NCBI GenBank assembly: GCA_965199005.1
Contig: CBDAQK010000004.1
Span: 33,120 to 97,119, forward strand
Source of the DNA: Acetobacteraceae bacterium
GTDB lineage: Bacteria > Pseudomonadota > Alphaproteobacteria > Acetobacterales > Acetobacteraceae
DNA: 64,000 nucleotides
Reading direction: 5' to 3'
Shown here: in pieces, positions 54,596 to 63,570 of the stretch
Numbering within the stretch: the first letter of the stretch is position 1
Layout of the letters: every line of letters begins with the position of its first letter
Made by a program: the position numbers and the translations under genes
Notes under the pieces: model-generated
The model's input: only the letters and a program-made list of their open reading frames with translations
Databases searched by the model: none
Told to the model about the DNA's origin: nothing

Positions 54596-55819
54596 TCAGG
54601 CGACGGCGAGTTGGACGGATTCGATGACATTCCGCATGAAGCCGCCGCCGTTCCAGTTCGCTTCCGCCGGTTGGGCGACCTGTTTGGTATTCGTGCAGCG
54701 GATTTGGGCGCTGAGCGAACCGGATGCCGGTGCGCTCACCTGCGTCGTCCATTGCCGGAAGCTGAAGGAACCCTCATCAGCGCCGAGCGTCGCTGGCTTC
54801 CAGGTGGAACCCCCGTCGATGGACAGATCCACTGCAGAAACGCCACAATCTCCGCCGAATGCGATGCCGCGGAGCGGTACCGGCGCGCCGGGCTTTACCT
54901 TGGTTGCGGACGTCACGTTGGTGAACCACGAGCGCGGGACCATGCGGTTGATCGGTTCGGTGGGGAAGCCGGTTTGGCCCGGCTTGACATCGGCATGCGG
55001 CGTGGCGGGGATCAGATAGGCACTCTTCATCCAGAAGCTGTCATCCGGCACCTCCAGCACCTCGATGTCGCTGACCATCTTCACCCAATAGGTCGAATAC
55101 CATCCCGGCACGATCAGCCGCATCGGGAAACCGTTCAGCAGAGGAAGCTGGTCGCCGTTCATCTGGTAGGCCAGCATCACCTCACCGTCGCGGGCATGGT
55201 CGATGGCGAGGGACTTCATGAAATCGGGTGCGCCCTGCACGACGGGCTCGTCTAGGCCGTTGAAGCGGACGGCGACGGCGCCGGGCTTCACACCGGCCCG
55301 GTCCAGCACGTCGCGCAGGCGGACGCCGGTCCATTTCGCATTGCCCATCGCGCCGTTCTGCCACTGTCCACCGGCGACACGCGGCGCGAACAGGCCGCGG
55401 GAATTACCGGAGCATTGGTTGACGGCCGCCATCTCGACGCGCGGCAGGGCCAGGATGTCGGCCATGGTCAGCGACTGCGCCTGGTTCACGTGCCCCCGGA
55501 CGGAGCAGCGGAACTTGGCCAAGTCGACCTGTTCGGGGATAACCGCCCAATGCCAGCGGACGAAGAAGCGGTCGTTCGGGGTGAAGACTCCCTGGTCGAA
55601 TACCTCGAACGGTGTTTCCAGCAAGGGCGGACGGGTGCGTTGCAACACCATGGCCCCCTTTTGCGGGAAGGCGGTCGTCAGGGAGCGCTCGTCGGGACCG
55701 CCGCTGAGGTTGAGCTTCACCGTCCCTTGCGCCCGCGCCGCCGCGGCTGCGAGGGTCGCGGCCGCGGCAGTGCCTGCAAGCAGTCTGCGGCGACCGAGTG
55801 CGCCCTGTGCCTGTGCCAT
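54596..55819 (-). CDS. Periplasmic sulfite dehydrogenase (SorA-like)
   Basis: GRRRLL Tat motif, FFVRWH, CSGNSR, LNGFPMRLIVPGWYSTYWVK. Confidence 0.88.
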   Translation of the reverse strand: MAQAQGALGRRRLLAGTAAAATLAAAAARAQGTVKLNLSGGPDERSLTTAFPQKGAMVLQRTRPPLLETPFEVFDQGVFTPNDRFFVRWHWAVIPEQVDLAKFRCSVRGHVNQAQSLTMADILALPRVEMAAVNQCSGNSRGLFAPRVAGGQWQNGAMGNAKWTGVRLRDVLDRAGVKPGAVAVRFNGLDEPVVQGAPDFMKSLAIDHARDGEVMLAYQMNGDQLPLLNGFPMRLIVPGWYSTYWVKMVSDIEVLEVPDDSFWMKSAYLIPATPHADVKPGQTGFPTEPINRMVPRSWFTNVTSATKVKPGAPVPLRGIAFGGDCGVSAVDLSIDGGSTWKPATLGADEGSFSFRQWTTQVSAPASGSLSAQIRCTNTKQVAQPAEANWNGGGFMRNVIESVQLAVA

Positions 55820-55899
55820 TCAACGTTTCCCCGCTGCCCTATCGTTTCGGCAGTTAGGCAGCCGTTGAAGCGGCCGTCCAATAGCGGTAGCGATTTGGA

Positions 55900-56814
55900 T
55901 CAATCGGACGCGGTGATTGGTCGATTCGCTGCGATGATAGCCAGCAGCGCATCGGCCGCTTGGCTACGGTGACGCTCCCCGTGCCGCAGGACGTGGAAGG
56001 CGCGTTCCGGGAGAGCCAGGTCCACGACTTGGAGCAGTCCGGCCTCGATGCTTGGAGCTGCGACGGAGGCGGAGATCGCCGTGGCACCCATACCGGCCTC
56101 CACGGCGGCTCGGACGCTTTCGTTGGAAGGCAGCTCGAGCACCACCCGCAGCCCGGCAGGTGCGACGCCGAAGCCTTCAAGTGCCGTCTCGAAAACTGAA
56201 CGCGTGCCCGATCCTGCCTCTCGCAGCACCCAATCGCTTTCAACCAGGCGCGCCGGGCTGAACGGGAGCGCCAGGGTGCCAGCCTGGGCCCAATCGTGGT
56301 CGGGCCCGACCACGACAATAAGCTGGTCCCGCGCGACGACGCGGCTTTCGAGCAGCGGGTCGTCGACGTCACCTTCCACGAAACCCAGCTCCGCAAATCC
56401 GCCTTTCACCGCGGCGGCGACCTGGGTCGTGTTGCCGATGGTGAGGCGGATGTCGATCCCGGGATGCGCCCGGCGAAACGCCACCAGGTAGCGCGGCAGC
56501 CAATAGCTGGCGGTCGTCTGGCTGGCCTGCACGAGCAGGGTGCCGCGCTTAAGGGTGCCCAACTCGGATAACACAAGTTCAGCCGCCGCCGCGCGGGCCA
56601 GCACGGCCCGCGCCTCGGTCAGGAACAACGATCCGGCCGCGGTAAGCTCGATGCCGCGGCCGACCCGGTGGAACAGCTTGGCGCGGTAACGCCCTTCGAG
56701 GGTGGCAATAGCCGCACTCGCCGCGGATTGCGCGATGTTGAGGCTCTCGGCCGCCCGGGTGACATGCTGCCGGTCGGCGACGGCGACGAAGATGCGGAGT
56801 TGCTCGAGGGTCAT
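55900..56814 (-). CDS. LysR regulator, YeiE/CysL-like
   Basis: MTLEQLRIF, ASQTTASYWLP, GNT, REAGSGTR, SNESV. Confidence 0.88.
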   Translation of the reverse strand: MTLEQLRIFVAVADRQHVTRAAESLNIAQSAASAAIATLEGRYRAKLFHRVGRGIELTAAGSLFLTEARAVLARAAAAELVLSELGTLKRGTLLVQASQTTASYWLPRYLVAFRRAHPGIDIRLTIGNTTQVAAAVKGGFAELGFVEGDVDDPLLESRVVARDQLIVVVGPDHDWAQAGTLALPFSPARLVESDWVLREAGSGTRSVFETALEGFGVAPAGLRVVLELPSNESVRAAVEAGMGATAISASVAAPSIEAGLLQVVDLALPERAFHVLRHGERHRSQAADALLAIIAANRPITASD

Positions 56815-56861
56815 GTCGGTAGCACTACCCTTCGGAAGGCGGCAGGTCATCCCAACGCCCG

Positions 56862-58050
56862 CTACGGGTTCGGCCCACACATGGTTTGAGAACTTTCAAG
56901 GGCGCCCGTTCGCGCGGCGGCCCGGGACAGCACCGCGCCGCAGGCAGTCTGACGCTGGCGGTCGACCACCACGCCATCGCCCACCAGCAGGAGGGCGTCG
57001 CCCCGCCTATGTGGTAGGGCGTAGGTGTCGGGCAGGCCCATGAGCCTGGCGATCTCGCGGGCGGTTCGTGCCCGGGTCCGGATGCCGTCTGGATTGGCCA
57101 CGACCAGCGTCTGCTGCGTCGACCCGCCCGAGCCTGTCAGAACGCAGCTGGCGACGCCGTCCATCCGGAAGTCCGCCCGCTGCATGCGCTCCGTCTTCGC
57201 GGCGTCGGGACGCATTCGCCGCGAGACCGTCCTTACGACCCTGCCGTGGCGACGGGCGGCATCCAGGCTCGCCCGCGATCTGTCGGACATCAGCGCCAGC
57301 ACGGCTTCCGTGGCCTCGGCAGACCTCCAGGTCGCGTCGGCGTCGGCGAACAGCACGTCGGCGAGGACGGTCCGTCGGGCGTCCGGGACTGGCGGCTGCC
57401 AACACAGCCAGGCCTGCTTCAGTGCTGCTGGCAGGCCGTCCGCGGCTCGCACTAGCGGGTGCAGGGTGCCAGGGCTTGACCGGCCTGGCCGCCACCAGGG
57501 CTGCCGGACCTGGACGCCGCGGGCCACGGCCAGGATGAACAGGCGGAGCCGTGACTGCGGGACGAGCAGCTTGGCATTGATGAGCAGGGCTCCCGTCCGG
57601 TAGTCCTGGTCGGCAACCACGCCGCAGATGTCGGCAAGGTCCTTGCCCTGCCTCCCCGTCGCCAAGCCGGGCACGTTCTCGATGGCGACGAGCCGCGGGG
57701 CCTTGCCTGCCGTCGCCAGCTGCCTGAGGAAGTCGAGGGCTGGCCAGAGGCTGCCCCCACGTCCGCCGTCCAGGCCGCCGCGGAGCCCGGCGATCGAGAC
57801 ATCCTGGCACGGCGGCGAGGCCCATAGAAGGTCGGCATGCTCGCCTACCTAGCCAGCCGTGAGCCCGCGGACGTCCTGGACAACGACGGGATGACCTTCC
57901 CAATTCTCCCGGTAGGCACGCGCCTTCATGGGATCATGGTCGCAGGATAGGAGGCACCGCCATCCCTCTCCCATTCCTGCCGTGGCCATTCCGCCTCCGC
58001 AGAACAGGTCGATGAAGGTGTGTCTTCGTCCCGGCGTCGTGGGACGCCAT
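56862..58050 (-). pseudogene. DNA cytosine-C5 methyltransferase pseudogene
   Basis: DLFCGGG, ASPPCQD, IENV, PQSRLRL, GDGV; in-frame TAG at 57851-57849, frameshift near 58020, aberrant C-terminus. Confidence 0.85.
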
Positions 58051-58193
58051 TACACTTCATCTGGCCGGAGCTTCAAGCCGCAAGGAAAATCAGCCGTCCG
58101 CCACGGGGTCTCTCCTGCCCGTCCGCTGGTCGGTACTGGACGAACTCTCCGGTCTGTGCTCCTTGCCGGGATCACTCCGAAAAAGCCGACCCG

Positions 58194-59135
58194 ATGCTCC
58201 GGAAACGCTCCAGATCCCGCCTCGGCTCCGGCCTGTTGGCAGCCCGACGTACCTCACGCAAGACGCAAGCCGACTTGGCGGCCGAGGCAGGATGCAGCGT
58301 ACGAAGCGTCTGGCAGGCTGAGAGAGGGGCTGGGCGGCTGGACCTGTTCCAGCGCATCGCGGGAACTACGGGCATGGAGGTTTCCGGGCGAGCATTGCCG
58401 CCCGGCGAACTCCTTGGCCATCGGCTCAAGCTGTTGCGGACCCGCATGGGTCTCAGCCGGAGGCAGGTCGCCGACGAAGCCGGGTTGAGTGCGACCACGG
58501 TGTTTGAGGTCGAGACCGGTGCGGCCTGCAACGTCAGTTCAGTCGAAGCGATCGGCATGATGCTTGGTGCCGGTCTGACCCTTGTCGCCGCGGGCGAGCG
58601 CGCAGGGTTCTATCGGCTCGCGGGAATGTCGAGCGGCTGGAATGCGTGGTCGACACCGCAGAACGTCCTAGACACCCTGTGTGAGGTGGTGGGTGGGAGA
58701 TTTGATCTAGATCCTTGTGCCTCGCGCCAGTCCCGCCTGCGCAAGCATGCGCGGCACTATCTCACTGAAGTGGAAGATGGTCTTGGCCAGCCATGGTATG
58801 GCCAAGTGTATATCAATCCGCCTTACGGTCCTCCGCTGTCCCGCTGGACAGCCAAGGCCGTGGAGGAGGTTGCCTCCTGCCGCGCTGACCTTGTCATAGG
58901 ACTCGTCCCAGCTCGCACCGATACCCGGTGGTGGCACAACACGATCGCTGGATTGTCAGACGTATGGTTGCTTCGCGGGCGCCTGGCGTTCGGAGCAGGA
59001 GAGCACAAGGCGCCTTTCCCATCCGCCCTGACCGCCTGGGGTGCATCGGACATTTTGCGCCAGCGGATGTCGGCGGCGTTCCCAGGAGCTTGGCACGTGC
59101 CTTCAGGCAGGGGGCAGCTACCACCATCCGAATAG
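58194..59135 (+). CDS. Tandem XRE-HTH fused to phage-type DNA N6-adenine methyltransferase
   Basis: TQADLAAEAGCS and SRRQVADEAGLS HTHs, then WSTP, FDLDPCA, NPPYG, LVPARTDTRWWH, RGRLAF. Confidence 0.85.
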   Translation: MLRKRSRSRLGSGLLAARRTSRKTQADLAAEAGCSVRSVWQAERGAGRLDLFQRIAGTTGMEVSGRALPPGELLGHRLKLLRTRMGLSRRQVADEAGLSATTVFEVETGAACNVSSVEAIGMMLGAGLTLVAAGERAGFYRLAGMSSGWNAWSTPQNVLDTLCEVVGGRFDLDPCASRQSRLRKHARHYLTEVEDGLGQPWYGQVYINPPYGPPLSRWTAKAVEEVASCRADLVIGLVPARTDTRWWHNTIAGLSDVWLLRGRLAFGAGEHKAPFPSALTAWGASDILRQRMSAAFPGAWHVPSGRGQLPPSE

Positions 59136-59844
59136 CTGGACGGCGTCGAAGCCTATAGTGGCCGTCGCCCAGACCCCGCTGGACCAGAGCAATACTGGCC
59201 TACGCGGGACAAATTTTCGGAGCGATTCTGGCCATTGCTTCGGTGCCACCCGGGCAAGGTGTCGCAAGCCCGTCCTGGCCTTTTCCGGCTGGAAGGGGGG
59301 TGCCCATCTGCAATGCCCGACGGTGCAGACCCAGGTGGCACCCATCAGACGTGTCCTGATTCGGTGGTAACCGGTCAACGGCTGCAACTTGCCTGCAAGG
59401 TTTCGAAATGACCCGGTAATGCACTCGAATTAGGGCAGCCACCCTGACCGTACGCGGTCCTCCCTACATCTACGGCTGCGTAGCCTACAGTTGCCTTTGC
59501 TGCGCGGCTGAGGATTGCTGAGGCGTCTGCCAGGTCTCTGGATGCGGCGTCCCGCTATCCCGCCAGACAGTGGCACTGGGCGAAGTAGCTCCCACTTGCC
59601 TTGTCAACACGGACTGGGTTGGTGGAAGCACCCTTCATGTAGGGCCCTCACCGGCGACGATTTAAGTTCACAGGATGGACGGCAAGGAAATCCCTACGAG
59701 GCTTTGGGAGAGGTTCGGAAGACTTCCCAGATTACCTACGGCGGTCCCGAAATCACCATGGAACCGAAGATTTCCTTGTGATATAAAAATGCTACCAACG
59801 ACTCGACTCGGTTCGTTAGATGTATCATATTGCTGGAGGGCTGC

Positions 59845-60459
59845 ATGTCGCAGCTGGAGACATTGCTGGCGTGCCTATCAGGTGGAGGGATTTTGCGGAT
59901 GACCGAGTTGCTACGGGCTGGCGTGACGGCGGCCAGCGTCCAGCGGGCGCTTGCCACCGGGTTGGTCGAGCGTGTTTCCCGCGGTACCTACCGCCAGGCG
60001 GGCGCACCATACTGCGCCGGTGCCGATTTCGCCGAGATCCTCGTCCGTGTTCCTCGCGGAGTGATCTGCCTGCACAGCGCGGCCGCGGCACACGGCCTCG
60101 GCGATGAAACGCCTACCCGGGCCTGGGTCGCGGTCCCGCACGGCGTGGCAGCCGCGAAGGTCGAGTGGCCACCGACCAGGTTCGTGCACTGGCGCGACCC
60201 GGCGGCGTTCGTGGTCGGCGTCGACACGAGTGTGGTCTGCGGCGTCGAGGTGCGGATGACTTCGCCAGCACGAACAGTGGTCGACATGCTGCGCATGTCT
60301 TCCACGGTCGGCGATGATCGCGCACTGGAATGCCTGCGTGACTACCATACGTCCGGCAGATCGGCGGCGGTCCTGGTCGAGGTGGCGTCGGCGTTGGGCA
60401 TGCAACGTCGCCTGGCGGCTGTGCTGCGGGTTTCCTCCGCGATGGTGCGGGCATCGTGA
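59845..60459 (+). CDS. abiEi: Type IV TA antitoxin AbiEi
   Basis: ERVSRGTY, GVICLHSA..HGL, TSPARTVVD. Confidence 0.88.
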   Translation: MSQLETLLACLSGGGILRMTELLRAGVTAASVQRALATGLVERVSRGTYRQAGAPYCAGADFAEILVRVPRGVICLHSAAAAHGLGDETPTRAWVAVPHGVAAAKVEWPPTRFVHWRDPAAFVVGVDTSVVCGVEVRMTSPARTVVDMLRMSSTVGDDRALECLRDYHTSGRSAAVLVEVASALGMQRRLAAVLRVSSAMVRAS

Positions 60460-61541
60460 GCGCGACAGGCGAGGCAATCCGCTGCCGCCTGCAGGCGGCA
60501 GCCAAGGCCCGCGGGACTACCACTGACCATCTACTCGGGCGCTGGGCCGCAGAACGGTTCCTGGCTAGGCTGTCAGCTTCCCCTTACCGCGCCAGGCTGG
60601 TGCTCAAGGGAGGTAGCCTGTTCACGCTCTGGAGCGGCGACCTGTTCCGGAGCACCTCCGACGTAGACCTGCATGGAGACGTAGCCGACATCGCGGCGAT
60701 GGGAACCATGCTGCTGGCGGTGGCCATCATGGTGTCGGAGCAGGATGACGGGGTCTCCTTCGCGGCCGAGACTGCGACCTTCAAGACGTTGAAAGGCGGC
60801 CGGTATCCAGGCGTGAGGATGCAGATCACGGCGTCCTTGGGAACGGCGAGGACCAGCCTGAAGGTCGATGTCGGTTTCGGGCACGCGATCACTCCAGGTG
60901 TGGAACAGGCCTTCTTCCCCAGCCTTCTCCCCGGCCAACCTTCATTCAAGGTAGGAGCATACCCGCGCGAGACGGTGGTGGCCGAAAAGCTGGCGGTCAT
61001 CGTCGAGTTCGGCTCCGACAACACCCGCCTGCGCGACTATTACGATCTGTGGCTGTTGAGTCAGAGATACAGCTTCCTCGGACATGTTCTCCAGCTTGCG
61101 GTCTCTAATACGTTTGACCGCCGCGATGCTGGAACCTTCGTGCAGCGGGCAGACGGATACTGGGAAGCAGCGTTCTCCAAAGATTATGCGACCTGCAAAC
61201 GTGAGCGGAGCTGGACAAACTGGGTGTCGGAGCACGCCCCGAAGACCGCGCCACCTACGTTGCAGCAGACCTTGGCCTGCGTCGCCCAGTTCGGTGTCCC
61301 GCTGCTCCAGGCAATTAGGAACGGTTCAGAGCTCAGGCAGACCTGGTCTGCGGGTGTCGGCTGGCAGCCTCTCTACGCCAGCACAAATACCAGGAGGTCC
61401 AGAAACGTGCGGCTGGAAGTCCGGCCGTCTCTGGCCACCGACGTGGCGAGGGTGACGGGCCCAGAAGTTGGTGATGCTCGGGTCGGAAAGGCTTGGACGA
61501 GGGGGTCAGGTGCATCCGTGATGGATGGGCCGTCATCGTGA
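60456..61541 (+). CDS. abiEii: Type IV TA nucleotidyltransferase toxin AbiEii
   Basis: ERFLARL, LKGG, RSTSDVD, VAEKL, NTRLRDYYD. Confidence 0.9.
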   Translation: MSATGEAIRCRLQAAAKARGTTTDHLLGRWAAERFLARLSASPYRARLVLKGGSLFTLWSGDLFRSTSDVDLHGDVADIAAMGTMLLAVAIMVSEQDDGVSFAAETATFKTLKGGRYPGVRMQITASLGTARTSLKVDVGFGHAITPGVEQAFFPSLLPGQPSFKVGAYPRETVVAEKLAVIVEFGSDNTRLRDYYDLWLLSQRYSFLGHVLQLAVSNTFDRRDAGTFVQRADGYWEAAFSKDYATCKRERSWTNWVSEHAPKTAPPTLQQTLACVAQFGVPLLQAIRNGSELRQTWSAGVGWQPLYASTNTRRSRNVRLEVRPSLATDVARVTGPEVGDARVGKAWTRGSGASVMDGPSS

Positions 61542-61987
61542 ACGATGCGGCACTTGATCCCTGGTGCCTCGTCCTGACTACGGACGGCACAACCTGCCTG
61601 TTCGGCTTCTCGACCCGGCACCCGAGGACCGGAGGGCTGGGCTGGCTCATTTCCACGGAAGCTCTCGAACTGGATGTCGAGCACGGCCTTGCGGTCACGC
61701 GCAGTGGACGAAGCTATTCGCTGGGAAGACGCTTCGAGGCCGTAGATGTCGGGGGAGAGGGCGAAGAAGCGCGGGTCGCCTTTGAGCTGCTGGTCGGCGC
61801 CTCGTTTGAGGAGGAAGATGTCCTGAAGGATGTGGATAGACACTGGCTGATGGCGTGCAAGGCAGCCAGGCACCTGGCTGTAGCCAGGCCGATGAGGACG
61901 CAGACCGGCGTCTCGCACTTCTTCAAGACCTATTCGGAGGCGTATATGCGCCTGCGTCGGGTGCAGGGGGATGGAGACCGTAGGTGA
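61538..61987 (+). CDS. Hypothetical protein
   Basis: GTGA overlap with the abiEii stop; contains AVTRSGRSYSL. Confidence 0.6.
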   Translation: MNDAALDPWCLVLTTDGTTCLFGFSTRHPRTGGLGWLISTEALELDVEHGLAVTRSGRSYSLGRRFEAVDVGGEGEEARVAFELLVGASFEEEDVLKDVDRHWLMACKAARHLAVARPMRTQTGVSHFFKTYSEAYMRLRRVQGDGDRR

Positions 61988-62865
61988 CCGCAAGCTTGGT
62001 AGTCGAAACCTGCAGGGGGGTCTACTGCGGCGCCGGTTTCCCAGCATCACTGGTCAGGCGCGCACGCCCGGACACCCGCTTCTTCCCCGACCAGTTTTGC
62101 CGCAGCCTGACACCGACGACATCCATGGGCGTCGAACAGAGCGCGCTCAAGGCGGTCCGAAGTGCTGCATGCGGGTGGCAAGCCCTATACCTGCGCGCTG
62201 ATCCGGAAGGTGCTGAGCAGTTGTTGGCTCGGTCTGTGTCACGTGGAAGCCTGCCGTTCACCCGGCGTGCCACGAATGCGGTGTCCGCGGAGGCGAGGGA
62301 GAGAGGCTTCGCTCCCGCCCGTGTCCGGCTGTCCGTCCGTCACCACGGCTCCTGGAGCAGGTGCAACCCAGGCTCTGGCGCTGAGCTCCACCTGGATGGT
62401 GGCAGACGGCGCCACGCGGCCAGCGGCCATACAGCATGCAGGTATCCTGCCGTGGTCGGGGAGGTTGGTTGTCCAGGCGGTGTCTCATCCGGGCCGGAGA
62501 TCCAGACCACAGCCGGGACCAGCCCATGCCTGCCGACGTGCTGTGAATGAAACGACTCGACACCCGGTCCGTGACGAGCTATCCGGCTGTCATGCTTCTC
62601 GAGATGATAGCAGCGCGCTGATCTAATCCGCTCTCTTTGGAGGGCAGCGTGGCTGTACCAAAGTCGAGGATGCCAGTGAACTTTCCAACTTTCTTTTGTC
62701 ATCCGTTCATCACCAGACAGGATGTCTGCGCGTGCGTGTGCACCCGTGATGAAGGCAGGCGTGCTAGCGACAGGTCGCGTTTCGGCACTCGGAAAATAGG
62801 ACCGGCGATAGGCATGGATCTCAGCAGGTCCGAACGTCTCCCATTCCTATTTTCCAGGGTTCATC

Positions 62866-63309
62866 ATGTCTCAAGAATTCGAGGGCGGCCCACATAGTCT
62901 CGCCACAGATGTTGAAGCCGTCGACAGTGGCGGGCCTATTCTCCTGCATGCCGTCTACCGAGGCCGCACAATTTCCGTAGGCTGGGCGACTGATGCCGAG
63001 ATCGACGCCATCAGAGGGCCGGTGCTCCACAATGTGCGTGATGTCCTGGAAAGCTGGTTCCTGGTCGCAATCCGTGACCCAGGCGGCCCCGGAACCCGCG
63101 TGCATGCCCTCGGATGGCGCCCCAAGATGGCGAACGCATGGATCACGTCTGCACTGACTTCCGTCGGGCAAGACGGGAACCTGGTGGCAACGCGGTCTGG
63201 GCATGCGTATCGCCTTGCATGTCGAGGAGAAGCGGAGAACGCGCCGCTCTTGCTGGACCACCTCATCTACGCTCTTCGGACATGGGGGTGCTCCAATTTT
63301 GGACTTTGA
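62866..63309 (+). CDS. Hypothetical protein
   Basis: WITSAL...VATRSGHAYRL, similar to the 61538 product. Confidence 0.6.
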   Translation: MSQEFEGGPHSLATDVEAVDSGGPILLHAVYRGRTISVGWATDAEIDAIRGPVLHNVRDVLESWFLVAIRDPGGPGTRVHALGWRPKMANAWITSALTSVGQDGNLVATRSGHAYRLACRGEAENAPLLLDHLIYALRTWGCSNFGL

Positions 63310-63535
63310 GGAAACGCCTCAAGCGAGATCCGAGACCCTGCACGAAGGTGAGCGGGTGGGCCGCTACGTCATCATGCGGGATCAGGATGGTTGCCTGCAT
63401 GCATTGGCGGCCGGGCATGTCGGCGTCCTGCGGGAAGTCGATGACGGAACCCTGCTGATGCTGTCAGGCGGCAAAATCCTCCTCGTCAACCAGTCCATGA
63501 GGACGGTGCTGATGTGGCTCGATGGCAGAGGGTGA
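63299..63535 (+). CDS. Small hypothetical protein
   Basis: Overlaps the upstream stop; RVGRYVIMRD...TLLMLSGG; start uncertain. Confidence 0.5.
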   Translation: MDFEETPQARSETLHEGERVGRYVIMRDQDGCLHALAAGHVGVLREVDDGTLLMLSGGKILLVNQSMRTVLMWLDGRG

Positions 63536-63570
63536 TCCACCCGTTCTGAGAGATTGCAGGAGTGCGCGCC

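Noticed and set aside
59775-59830. AbiEi operator inverted repeat
   Set aside because: Only short partial symmetry (TGATATA/TGTATCA, AACGA/TCGTT); too weak to call.
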